A stretch of DNA of 64,000 bases. It comes from Verrucomicrobiia bacterium. GTDB lineage: Bacteria; Verrucomicrobiota; Verrucomicrobiia; Limisphaerales; UBA11358. Shown piece after piece: positions 17,061 through 25,801 of the stretch; position 1 is the first letter of the stretch, and the number at the start of each line of letters is the position of its first letter. The notes beneath the pieces were generated by a model. It was not told the DNA's origin and made no database searches. It saw only the letters and a list, made by a program, of their open reading frames with translations. Position numbers and translations under genes: made by a program. The DNA is taken from the NCBI GenBank assembly GCA_030038175.1, contig JASHPN010000234.1, forward strand, positions 5,168-69,167, in the 5' to 3' direction.

Positions 17061-20009
17061 ATGACCTGCCGCAAGGAATTGTGGAGAATTTTGCCGCTCC
17101 TGCTTGTGGCCGCGCTCGCAAGCCGCGCTTACGCGCTCGGAGAACCCCAATATGTCATGACCTCGGCGCAAAAAGGCGCGTTCCCGCTTTGCCGGAATAA
17201 ATCCGTCGCCGCGATTTGCGTGGATTCAAATGATTTTGCCGGCGTGGTGATTGCCGCGAACGAATTGCGAACGGATCTTTCACGCGTGACCGGCATCGCG
17301 CCGGCGGTAATGAGCGGCGAACCCATTTCCGGCGCAAACGTCATTCTCATAGGCACGCTGGGGCAAAGCAAAATCATAGACCGGCTCGTTCAGGCAAAAA
17401 AAATTGACCCTGTGGACATCGCCGGCAAGTGGGAATCGTTTTTCCTTCAGGTTGTGCCGCAGCCTTTGCCGGGAATTACAAATGCCCTCGTTATTTGCGG
17501 CAGCGACCAGCGCGGGACGATTTATGGCATTTATGATCTGTCCGACCAAATCGGCGTTTCGCCCTGGTATTTTTGGGCCGACGTTCCGCCCGAACATCAC
17601 CGCCGGATATTCGTGAAAGCCGGCAAATTTATTCAAGGACCTCCATCTGTGAAGTATCGCGGCATTTTTCTCAATGACGAAGCCCCGGATTTATCGAACT
17701 GGGTTCGCGACCGATACGGCTCGGTTGCCGGAATGCCCGATGTGGCCAATTATGGCCGCGGCTTTTACACAAATCTTTTTGAATTGATGCTCCGCCTCCG
17801 GGCTAATTATCTCTGGCCGGCCATGTGGAACAATGCCTTTAACGAGGACGACCCGGAGAATCCGCGCCTGGCCGACGAATATGGCATTGTGATGGGCACG
17901 TCCCACCAGGAGCCCATGCTGCGCGCGCAAAAGGAATGGGATCGCGGTCCCGGAATGAAATACGGTGATTGGAATTATAACGACACAAACCAGCAACCGG
18001 TGCTGCGGCAATTCTGGCGGGAGGGAATCCGGCGCAACAAAAACTTCGAGAGCATCATCACGCTCGGCCTGCGCGCCGAAAACGACAGCGGCCTCCCAAT
18101 TGGAAAGGATTTGACCGAGCAAATTGTCGGTCTTCAGAGAAAAATTCTTTCGGAGGAAATGAATCCCGATTTGACCAAAATTCCCCAGGCGTGGTGCCTC
18201 TATAAAGAAGTGCAGAATTTTTATGACGAAGGCTTGCGCGTGCCGGACGATGTGACCCTGTTATGGGCCGATGACAATTGGGGCGATTTGCGCCGTGTGC
18301 CCGCCGCGGACGAGCGTCGGCGTGGCGGCGGCGCCGGAATCTATTACCATTTTGATTATCACGGCGGCCCGCGCAATTACCAGTGGGTCAATGCCAATCC
18401 CATTCCCAAAATCCGGGACCAGCTTTCATTGGCCAAACAATACGGCGCGGACCGGATTTGGATCGTCAACGTCGGCCATCTCAAAGGCTACGAATTGCCC
18501 CTGGAGTTTTTTTTGGACTTCGCCTGGGACCCCTCGCGTTGGACGAATGAAAATTTGGACAAATACACGCAGATGTGGGCGGAACGCCAATTTGGGCCGA
18601 AATACGCGGATGAAATTGCCGCGATGATTTCGGCCTATACTAAATTCAACGGCCGCCGCAAACCGGAGTTGCTGGATGCGAACACTTACAGCCTCGTGAA
18701 TTACGGGGAGTTTGACAAGGTGGCGGATTCTTACGAAGCTCTCGCGGCAAAAGCGGAGGCTTTGGAAGACAAACTGCCGGCAAAAGACCGCGACGCCTAT
18801 TACGAACTGGTTTTGTTTCCCGTGAAAGCCTGCGCGCAATTGAACGCCATGTACCTCGCGGCCGCAAAGAACCATCTATATGCCAAACAAGGCCGCGCCA
18901 GCGCAGACGCTTTCGCGATCAAGACTCGCGAATTGTTTGCCGCTGAAACGAACCTGGTGAATGATTTCAACACGCGCCTGGCCGGCGGCAAATGGAACCA
19001 TTTCATGGACCAGCCGTTTATCGGTTACACCGGTTGGAACGAGCCGCCACGAAACAATTTGGATGCCATCCACCTGGCCGAAGTCAAAGTGCCGGATGTC
19101 GCGGCGATGGGTGTGGTCGTGGAAAATTCGGACCTGGCGGTGACCCATGGACAGGTTTCGTTGCCGCAGTTTGATTCCTTCGGGCGCCAGCGCCGCTTCA
19201 TTGACGTCTTCAACAAGGGCAAAACGCCATTTAAATTTTCCGCGACAAGGCGCGCGCCCTGGATTGTTTTAAGTCAAATGAGAGCCAAAGTTAAAACCGA
19301 CCAGCGTATTTGGGTGAGCGTGAACTGGGCTAAAATCCCGTACGGTACCAGCAGTGGTGAAATAAAAATCTCCGGCGCGGGCAGTGACGTTACCGTGGAA
19401 ATTACTGCCTTCAATCCATCCGAACCCACGCGCGATTCGTTGCAGGGTTTTGCCGAAAGCGATGGCTGGGTTTCCATCGAGGCGGAACATTTCACAAAAA
19501 ATTTCGATTCCGGCGATAATCGCTGGATCAAAATTCCCGGTTATGGCAACACGCTTTCTGCGATGCGCGCGGACGGGCCGGATTATGTTGAAGCGACGCC
19601 TCAAAAAAATTCACCGTGCCTCGAATACAAAATGTATCTGTTCCATTCCGGCATCATCGAAGTCGGCGCCACGGTAGGGCCGACGTTGAATTTCATTCCC
19701 CATCGTCCGTTGCGTTATGCCGTTTCCTTCGACGACGAAGCGCCGCAGGTCGTGACGATTGTCCCGGCGGATTTCCAGGCGAAAAATGGCAATCGCGATT
19801 GGGAGGAATCGGTAGAAAACAATTGCCGTTGCGTCCAATCCACCGATACGCTCGCTGTGCCGGGATATCACACGCTCAAAATCTGGATGGTTGATCCGGG
19901 CGTCGTGCTTGAAAAAATTGTAGTCAACACGGGCGGTGTCAGGCCCAGTTATTTTGGGCCTCCGGAAAGTTTTCATCGTGAGGGCGCGCCGCTGGTTTCC
20001 TCGCAGTAA
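17061..20009 (+). CDS. Glycoside hydrolase family 115 (xylan alpha-1,2-glucuronidase)
   Basis: Family-typical motifs GTIYGIYDLSDQIGVSPWYFWADVP, KYRGIFLNDE, NYLWPAMWNNAF, YGIVMGTSHQEPM and YYHFDYHGGPRNYQW. Signal peptide present. 982 aa. Confidence 0.9.
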   Translation: MTCRKELWRILPLLLVAALASRAYALGEPQYVMTSAQKGAFPLCRNKSVAAICVDSNDFAGVVIAANELRTDLSRVTGIAPAVMSGEPISGANVILIGTLGQSKIIDRLVQAKKIDPVDIAGKWESFFLQVVPQPLPGITNALVICGSDQRGTIYGIYDLSDQIGVSPWYFWADVPPEHHRRIFVKAGKFIQGPPSVKYRGIFLNDEAPDLSNWVRDRYGSVAGMPDVANYGRGFYTNLFELMLRLRANYLWPAMWNNAFNEDDPENPRLADEYGIVMGTSHQEPMLRAQKEWDRGPGMKYGDWNYNDTNQQPVLRQFWREGIRRNKNFESIITLGLRAENDSGLPIGKDLTEQIVGLQRKILSEEMNPDLTKIPQAWCLYKEVQNFYDEGLRVPDDVTLLWADDNWGDLRRVPAADERRRGGGAGIYYHFDYHGGPRNYQWVNANPIPKIRDQLSLAKQYGADRIWIVNVGHLKGYELPLEFFLDFAWDPSRWTNENLDKYTQMWAERQFGPKYADEIAAMISAYTKFNGRRKPELLDANTYSLVNYGEFDKVADSYEALAAKAEALEDKLPAKDRDAYYELVLFPVKACAQLNAMYLAAAKNHLYAKQGRASADAFAIKTRELFAAETNLVNDFNTRLAGGKWNHFMDQPFIGYTGWNEPPRNNLDAIHLAEVKVPDVAAMGVVVENSDLAVTHGQVSLPQFDSFGRQRRFIDVFNKGKTPFKFSATRRAPWIVLSQMRAKVKTDQRIWVSVNWAKIPYGTSSGEIKISGAGSDVTVEITAFNPSEPTRDSLQGFAESDGWVSIEAEHFTKNFDSGDNRWIKIPGYGNTLSAMRADGPDYVEATPQKNSPCLEYKMYLFHSGIIEVGATVGPTLNFIPHRPLRYAVSFDDEAPQVVTIVPADFQAKNGNRDWEESVENNCRCVQSTDTLAVPGYHTLKIWMVDPGVVLEKIVVNTGGVRPSYFGPPESFHREGAPLVSSQ

Positions 20010-20016
20010 TTAATGT

Positions 20017-22071
20017 ATGAAAAAAGCGTTTGAAGTAACAAATCCTGACTTCAACTTGAGTCCGTTGACCGGAATGACCCGGCAACATTACATTGATTGC
20101 GCCAAATATGTTTTGGAGCGGGCGTTCCGCCATGTGAAATCGTTTGATTCGCCGATTGTGTTCCCGTTGGTTCCCGGCAAATCGTATCCGCAGCCGAATG
20201 ATCCGCCCTGGCGCCACCGCTCGCACGAGTTTGAAGCCCTGGAACGCACCTTTAATTTGGCCGCGCCGCTCATGCATGTGGACCCGGAAATCAGCGTCCG
20301 CGGTATCAAACTGCGCGACTACTACTGCCGTCACTTTTACCATGGGCTGACACCGGGACACGCGAACAGCCTGCCACTGCCGGAGGATTTGCCGGACGCC
20401 ACCTATCAATTCACCTGTGAATTTGGCGGCTGGACCAAGACCATGCTCGTGATGCCGGATGTGTTATGGCCGCATCTTGAGAAAAGGCAGCGTGACGAAA
20501 TGGCCGTGACTATTTCCAAATGGGCGCATCACCGGACCACCCAGAACAATTGGCGGCTGTTCAACATTTGCGCGCTCTCCTTCCTGAAAAAAAACGGATA
20601 TCCCATTGATGATGAATTGCTGAAAAGCCATCTGCTCTGGATTGCTTCCTATCACGCGGGCAATGGCTGGTATTTGGAGCAAAGCTATAATTATTACACG
20701 ATCAGCCTGTTTGTGGTCTATGGCACGATTTGGAATCGCGCGTTTGGCCACCGGTATTATCCCGAAATCGCCGCCGTGCTGGAGAAGAGTTTCCACGACT
20801 TGTTCAAAACCTACGCAAATTTCTTCGGCCGCAACGGGTTTATCAACATGTGGGCGCGCAGCATTTGTTATCGCCTTTGGATTTCCGGCGGCTTTCCCGC
20901 CTCCTTCATGCTCAATTCCGAACCGCCCATGGACCCCGGATGGGCCAGGCGGCTGTGCTCGGGTTCCATCCTGCAGTTTACCGCCCGGGAAGATTTTTAT
21001 GAAAATGATATTCCGAGCCTGGGTTTCTACGGCCACCGCGAATTTGCCATTCAAAATTACAGTTGTCCCGCCAGCCCGTTCATCATGTTTCTGCCGTTTA
21101 TCGCGCTGGCCCTGCCGCCCCATTCACCGTTTTGGACCGCGAAAGAAAACGATGGTTCGTGGACCGCGCTCGGAAAAAATTCCCGGCGCATCGTTCTGGA
21201 AAAACCGGGCCTCGTCCTGGTGAGTCACGGGAGCAGCGGCGCTTCAGAAATCATTTCCGGCAAAGTGTATGACGATGATCACAATTATTCCAAGCTGGTG
21301 TTCAATACCCACTTTCCCTGGGAGGACCACAATCCTCAGGGCGGCACCGCCCAGGAATATTGTTTTCGCAGCCTGGATCCGCGCGACCTGCGCGGCGCGG
21401 ACATCAACTTTTACCTGACGGGCCGCGCCGTGGATAATGCCGCCTCAAAAAACACGGCTTATACGACTTCACAAAGCATCCTCTTCAACGGCGTGCGCGA
21501 AGGTGTGCTGTACCGCCAGTTGTTAATGCGCAAGCCGCCAAATAACGGAGTGGGATATATCATTGACCTGGCCGAAATCACAATTCCAGGCGGGGTCATT
21601 CGCGTTGACCGTTCCCGGCTGGCCTTTGAACACGAATTGACCCTGGGCCACTTTGGCCTGCCGCACGTTGAGGGCCAAAGGGCCGCCGTGCGGTATTTTG
21701 AAGAGGGAACACGAAAAGTTCTCATCGCCTCGATTCCGGGGCGAAAGCTCGCGCTGATTGCCTATCACGGCTGGGATGGTGTGCAATCCAAAGTGCATCG
21801 CGGTTTCAACGCGGAAGCTGACGACAGCACCGTCCTGTTCGCTTATTGCAAACGAACGGCCAAAAATCCGGCGATGGAATTGAGGATTACCGTGATGTTG
21901 CACAAGACTGACGATACTGATTGGACAAAAGAGGAATTGGATCCATTGAAGGATATTCAGTTGCGGGACGTCATGCCCTCCGGTTCGGTGGCCGGAGCGG
22001 AAATCACCCTGGCCGATGGCGCGAAATACGTCATTGATTTCAAGGATGTTGATGGCTACAAATCCTGCTGA
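20017..22071 (+). CDS. DUF2264-like protein (uncharacterised, no signal peptide)
   Basis: The pattern EFEALERTF..., NNWRLFN, AGNGWYLEQSYNYYT, ARSICYR parallels the paralog at 28657..29922 (EAFGRL, NNWVMFA, GDGAYGDGEYFHWDYYNS, GRSTTYRF). The DUF2264 family assignment is from memory and was not searched. Confidence 0.5.
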   Translation: MKKAFEVTNPDFNLSPLTGMTRQHYIDCAKYVLERAFRHVKSFDSPIVFPLVPGKSYPQPNDPPWRHRSHEFEALERTFNLAAPLMHVDPEISVRGIKLRDYYCRHFYHGLTPGHANSLPLPEDLPDATYQFTCEFGGWTKTMLVMPDVLWPHLEKRQRDEMAVTISKWAHHRTTQNNWRLFNICALSFLKKNGYPIDDELLKSHLLWIASYHAGNGWYLEQSYNYYTISLFVVYGTIWNRAFGHRYYPEIAAVLEKSFHDLFKTYANFFGRNGFINMWARSICYRLWISGGFPASFMLNSEPPMDPGWARRLCSGSILQFTAREDFYENDIPSLGFYGHREFAIQNYSCPASPFIMFLPFIALALPPHSPFWTAKENDGSWTALGKNSRRIVLEKPGLVLVSHGSSGASEIISGKVYDDDHNYSKLVFNTHFPWEDHNPQGGTAQEYCFRSLDPRDLRGADINFYLTGRAVDNAASKNTAYTTSQSILFNGVREGVLYRQLLMRKPPNNGVGYIIDLAEITIPGGVIRVDRSRLAFEHELTLGHFGLPHVEGQRAAVRYFEEGTRKVLIASIPGRKLALIAYHGWDGVQSKVHRGFNAEADDSTVLFAYCKRTAKNPAMELRITVMLHKTDDTDWTKEELDPLKDIQLRDVMPSGSVAGAEITLADGAKYVIDFKDVDGYKSC

Positions 22072-22153
22072 CGCCGGATGGGCCCTCGGGCGTGACGCGG
22101 CAATTGCGCGAACATCGGATTCCGGTGCCCGGTCAAAGGTCAGGGCTCAGAAA

Positions 22154-23044
22154 ATGACAAGACGCATGCTGCCCAGACAAATATTCAAGAATTTGCGCGG
22201 TGTCGCAATCGCAGGCACTTTCCTCTTTGCGACTCAGGCTTTTGCATACAGCCAATCGATTATACCGGACGTGAGTTGGGGCGGGAAGGAGCTGCCGGCA
22301 AGTATTCCGAGAATCGTCGATACGAACGGAAATATTTTATTTCTAGATCCTGGGTTTACGAGTATCCAATACCAGAGGTGTGTGCTCGATTCTTTGTTGA
22401 AAGAGGCAAACGAGGTGGCCTTGGATTTGAACTTGAAGGAAAATATTCCCATTACAGCATCGAATCTGGTTCGGGCGTACATTTCTCCATTTGGATTTGC
22501 GTATTCTGAGGGATCTTTGGGCAATGTCTCAACCGCTAATTACGTCTATGGGGCTGAAAGAGATCTGAAGTTTAGCGACATTACGGTGACTAAAATTGAT
22601 GACCGATGCCGTGGCTACGCGGAGCAGTATGAATGGCCTCTTAGCTTATTTGATACAAACGCGGCATATCAACTGGCGACGCAGTGGCTGGACGCCGTCC
22701 ACATGGATGTTGCAGGGCTCAATCGTGATTATGAAGCCGCCGTTGCTGTGGACCCCTATTGGAATAACGTGCGGATAGGCGAGTTGCCGAAACACACTTT
22801 TACACCAATTTACTACGTCTCTTGGTTGGTCAAAGGAAAGCCGCCCTACTCAGCAGGCGGCGGAGCCTCAGTTGAATTGTTCCTTCCTACGAAGACGCTT
22901 CTCAGTTTGAAGGTCGACGATTCCAGGCACATTCTTCGGGAACCAATAGCTTTCACTAATCTGGCCGCTCTTTTTCCTGGCAAAGCGAATGTGGTAACGA
23001 ATTTTCATGTTAAACATGTAACTATAGACGCTCCGGGTTCTTAG
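22154..23044 (+). CDS. Hypothetical secreted protein (low-GC, no recognisable domain)
   Basis: ATG 22154 gives MTRRMLPRQIFKNLRGVAIAGTFLFATQAFA (signal peptide). 296 aa with no motif I recognise. It is the last gene of the plus-strand xylan operon. Confidence 0.55.
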   Translation: MTRRMLPRQIFKNLRGVAIAGTFLFATQAFAYSQSIIPDVSWGGKELPASIPRIVDTNGNILFLDPGFTSIQYQRCVLDSLLKEANEVALDLNLKENIPITASNLVRAYISPFGFAYSEGSLGNVSTANYVYGAERDLKFSDITVTKIDDRCRGYAEQYEWPLSLFDTNAAYQLATQWLDAVHMDVAGLNRDYEAAVAVDPYWNNVRIGELPKHTFTPIYYVSWLVKGKPPYSAGGGASVELFLPTKTLLSLKVDDSRHILREPIAFTNLAALFPGKANVVTNFHVKHVTIDAPGS

Positions 23045-24219
23045 TAATGCGCCGCGCTTGATTCCTCCCGCGACGTATTTGCCGCCACCTTTTGGGACTG
23101 CGCGATTTTCAAAACGGCTTCAAACGCCGGTTTGCCTTTGCCTGCGCGGTCAAAGAGCAAAGGGTAGTCCGTGCGCCCTCGAATCGGATAGGTATTGAGC
23201 CACGAATCCCCGTCTGTGACGCCCCAAAAGGTCACGCGACTGATGCATTCGCGATGTTTCAAAAAAACTGAAAATAAATCCGCGTACCGCCGCGCCAGTT
23301 GCCGCTGCACAGGATCCGGCAGGCCGTTGGTGTAGGGATCCCATTTAGGGCTGGACTGAAAGTTTCTCGAGACCTCCGCGTCCAATCGCTTCGTCGGCGA
23401 GGGCAAGACATTCACGTCCAATTCGGTAATCATCACTTTGAGCCCAAGCTTCTCAAACGTCGAAATGGTTTGGTCCACGCGACGTGAGGATGGCTGCTTC
23501 AAGGTATCGTGTTCCTGCAAACCAACGCCGGTGATTTTTACGCCTTGCGCCTGTAATTGTTTAATCAAGGCAATCGCACCTTTCTGCTTGCGCCGCGATT
23601 CGAGGTCGAAGTCATTGTAGTAGAGCTGCGCTTGCGGATCGGCCTCGTGGGCAAATTCATACGCTTTGGCAATATAATCATCGCCAATGATTTTACGCCA
23701 CGGCGAGTCGCGCAACTCGCCGTTCTCGTCCACCGCTTCGTTGACCACGTCCCATCCGTTGATTTTCCCCCGGTAACGGCCTGCGACCGTGAAAATATGG
23801 TCGCGCATTCGGCCCAGGAGCGTGTTGCGATCAACAAAGTTTCCACTATTGTCGCGGAACACCCAATCCGGCGTTTGGTGATGCCAGATCAGATTATGAC
23901 CCACAATGAACATTTTGTTGGCCAGGCCGAACTGCACATAACGGTCCGCGGCTTGAAAATCATAAATCCCCGGTTCCGGATGAACCGATTCCCATTTCAA
24001 AACGTTTTCCGGCGAGATGGAATTGAATTGCCGTTTCACCAGGGCAACTTCGGCGGCGTTTTTTTCCCAAATAACGGATGCGTTGATGGCTGCGCCAATA
24101 ACGAAATCATTTTGGAAAGCCTCCTTCAAGGTTATTGGCGGCAGGTTGGTCTGGGATTTGGCCGCGTAGCCGGTCAACAGCACCAGCGGCAAAATCAGTG
24201 GCGCGGAAAAAATCTTCAT
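23041..24219 (-). CDS. Glycoside hydrolase family 10 endo-1,4-beta-xylanase
   Basis: Signal peptide present. GH10 motifs HNLIWHHQTPDW, WDVVNEA (acid/base) and MITELDV (nucleophile). The ATG overlaps the upstream transporter stop by 4 bp (ATGA). Confidence 0.95.
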   Translation of the reverse strand: MKIFSAPLILPLVLLTGYAAKSQTNLPPITLKEAFQNDFVIGAAINASVIWEKNAAEVALVKRQFNSISPENVLKWESVHPEPGIYDFQAADRYVQFGLANKMFIVGHNLIWHHQTPDWVFRDNSGNFVDRNTLLGRMRDHIFTVAGRYRGKINGWDVVNEAVDENGELRDSPWRKIIGDDYIAKAYEFAHEADPQAQLYYNDFDLESRRKQKGAIALIKQLQAQGVKITGVGLQEHDTLKQPSSRRVDQTISTFEKLGLKVMITELDVNVLPSPTKRLDAEVSRNFQSSPKWDPYTNGLPDPVQRQLARRYADLFSVFLKHRECISRVTFWGVTDGDSWLNTYPIRGRTDYPLLFDRAGKGKPAFEAVLKIAQSQKVAANTSREESSAAHY

Positions 24220-25763
24220 GATGTCAGGGCAGGGGCGGTAATGACTGTCTTGCGGCGTTCGGCGAGTTCGTCCGCCATTTGAATCGTCAAGCGGCGGTTA
24301 AGCGAGTAACAAGCCAGCAAAATCGTGCAGATGCCAAACAGAATCCCCACGCCAATGCCGCTGCACACACGGTAGCCGGCTACCGCTTCCGGCGCGTTCG
24401 GCAGTTTTGTGTCGTAATGGAAAAAGCCGGCCATAATCCAAAGGAACGATGCCGAGCCGAGGGCGAGCCCGGATTTTAACGCGAACCCAATCGTTGCAAA
24501 TACCATGCCGGTAAAGCGGCGGCCGACTTTCCATTCGGAATAATCCGCCACGTCGGCGAAAATCGCCCATGTGAGCGGAATGGTCGGCGCATAGACAATC
24601 GAGCCGAAAGCCGTCAAAGCAATCATCCCTCCCACATTGGACGGTGACAAAAAGTAAAAAGCCAGGGCGCTCAACGTGGAAAAGAAAAATCCGGCCACGG
24701 CCACGGCCTTCTTGCCGAATTGCTTCGCCAGGGGCGGCGAAATCAAAATCACCAAAATGGTGATGCCGGTGCTCAGCATGTTGATGAGGCTGTTGAAAAC
24801 GTCGGCGACATTGGACGATGTTTGGTCGCCGCGAACGAGATAGCCGAACGTATCCAGCAGACTGCCCGGCCAGCCGGAAACCGTCCCGCCCGCCGCAACG
24901 ACGAGGCCCAATTTTTGCGCAACATGAAACATCGCGGTTTTATCGGCGTAGTGGTGGTAGTAATTGTAAAGCGCGCCGCCGCGAAACGAGAGAATCGCAA
25001 AATGCGCCAGCGTCCAGCACCACATCACCTTCCACGGATTATTTTTTAGCAAATCGCGGAAGTCCTGCCCCGGCGGCGATTTTTCCGTGGTCACCTGCTG
25101 AATCCGTTCGCGCGTCGTGGCGAAGGTAATGAGAAACAGGACCAGGCAAAGCACTGCCCAAACCGTCATGGTCAAGTGCCAGCCATATTGACGGTCGGCC
25201 AGGGTCACCGGCTGGTTTCCAGCGTGGCCGGCGGCAATTTTCGCCACGAGCGGCAGGGTGAATCCGCCCACGATGAATTGCGCGGCGTTCACGGCCATGA
25301 ACCGGAACGAATTGAGTTTCGCCCGTTCCTGAATGTCTCCGGTCATCACGCCGCCGAGCGCGCCGTAAGGCATATTGTTCATCGAGTAAATGGACATCAG
25401 CAACGTGTTCGTCACCGCCGCGTAGGCGATGAGCGCGCCCATGCTCCAGCCTTTGGGCGTCGTGTAAGCCAAAATCATGATGACGGCCCACGGAACGGCG
25501 GTGAACAAAATCCACGGGCGGAATTTGCCCCACCGGGTGTTGGTTCGGTCGGCCAGAATGCCCACCACCGGGTCGGCCACGGCGTCCCAAAGCCGCGGCC
25601 ACAACAGAATCGCCGCGGCCGCCGTCGCCGTCAGGCCGAAGACGTCCGTGTAAAAATTCGTCTGGAACAGAATCATCGTCATGAAGACGAAATTCGCGGC
25701 GGCGTCCGCGGCGGAATAGCCGGCCTTTTCACCAAAGGAAAGTTTTTGCGGCGCCAAGTTCAT
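24216..25763 (-). CDS. Glycoside-pentoside-hexuronide (GPH):cation symporter family transporter (xyloside/oligosaccharide permease)
   Basis: From ATG 25763 the protein begins MNLAPQKLSFGEKAGYSAADAAANFVFMTMILFQTNFYTDVFGL, a typical GPH/MelB-type N-terminus. It has about 12 hydrophobic segments. Confidence 0.85.
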   Translation of the reverse strand: MNLAPQKLSFGEKAGYSAADAAANFVFMTMILFQTNFYTDVFGLTATAAAAILLWPRLWDAVADPVVGILADRTNTRWGKFRPWILFTAVPWAVIMILAYTTPKGWSMGALIAYAAVTNTLLMSIYSMNNMPYGALGGVMTGDIQERAKLNSFRFMAVNAAQFIVGGFTLPLVAKIAAGHAGNQPVTLADRQYGWHLTMTVWAVLCLVLFLITFATTRERIQQVTTEKSPPGQDFRDLLKNNPWKVMWCWTLAHFAILSFRGGALYNYYHHYADKTAMFHVAQKLGLVVAAGGTVSGWPGSLLDTFGYLVRGDQTSSNVADVFNSLINMLSTGITILVILISPPLAKQFGKKAVAVAGFFFSTLSALAFYFLSPSNVGGMIALTAFGSIVYAPTIPLTWAIFADVADYSEWKVGRRFTGMVFATIGFALKSGLALGSASFLWIMAGFFHYDTKLPNAPEAVAGYRVCSGIGVGILFGICTILLACYSLNRRLTIQMADELAERRKTVITAPALTS

Positions 25764-25801
25764 GCTTTTTATTCGGCAAACCAAAGGAATTTCCCGGCAT
25801 T

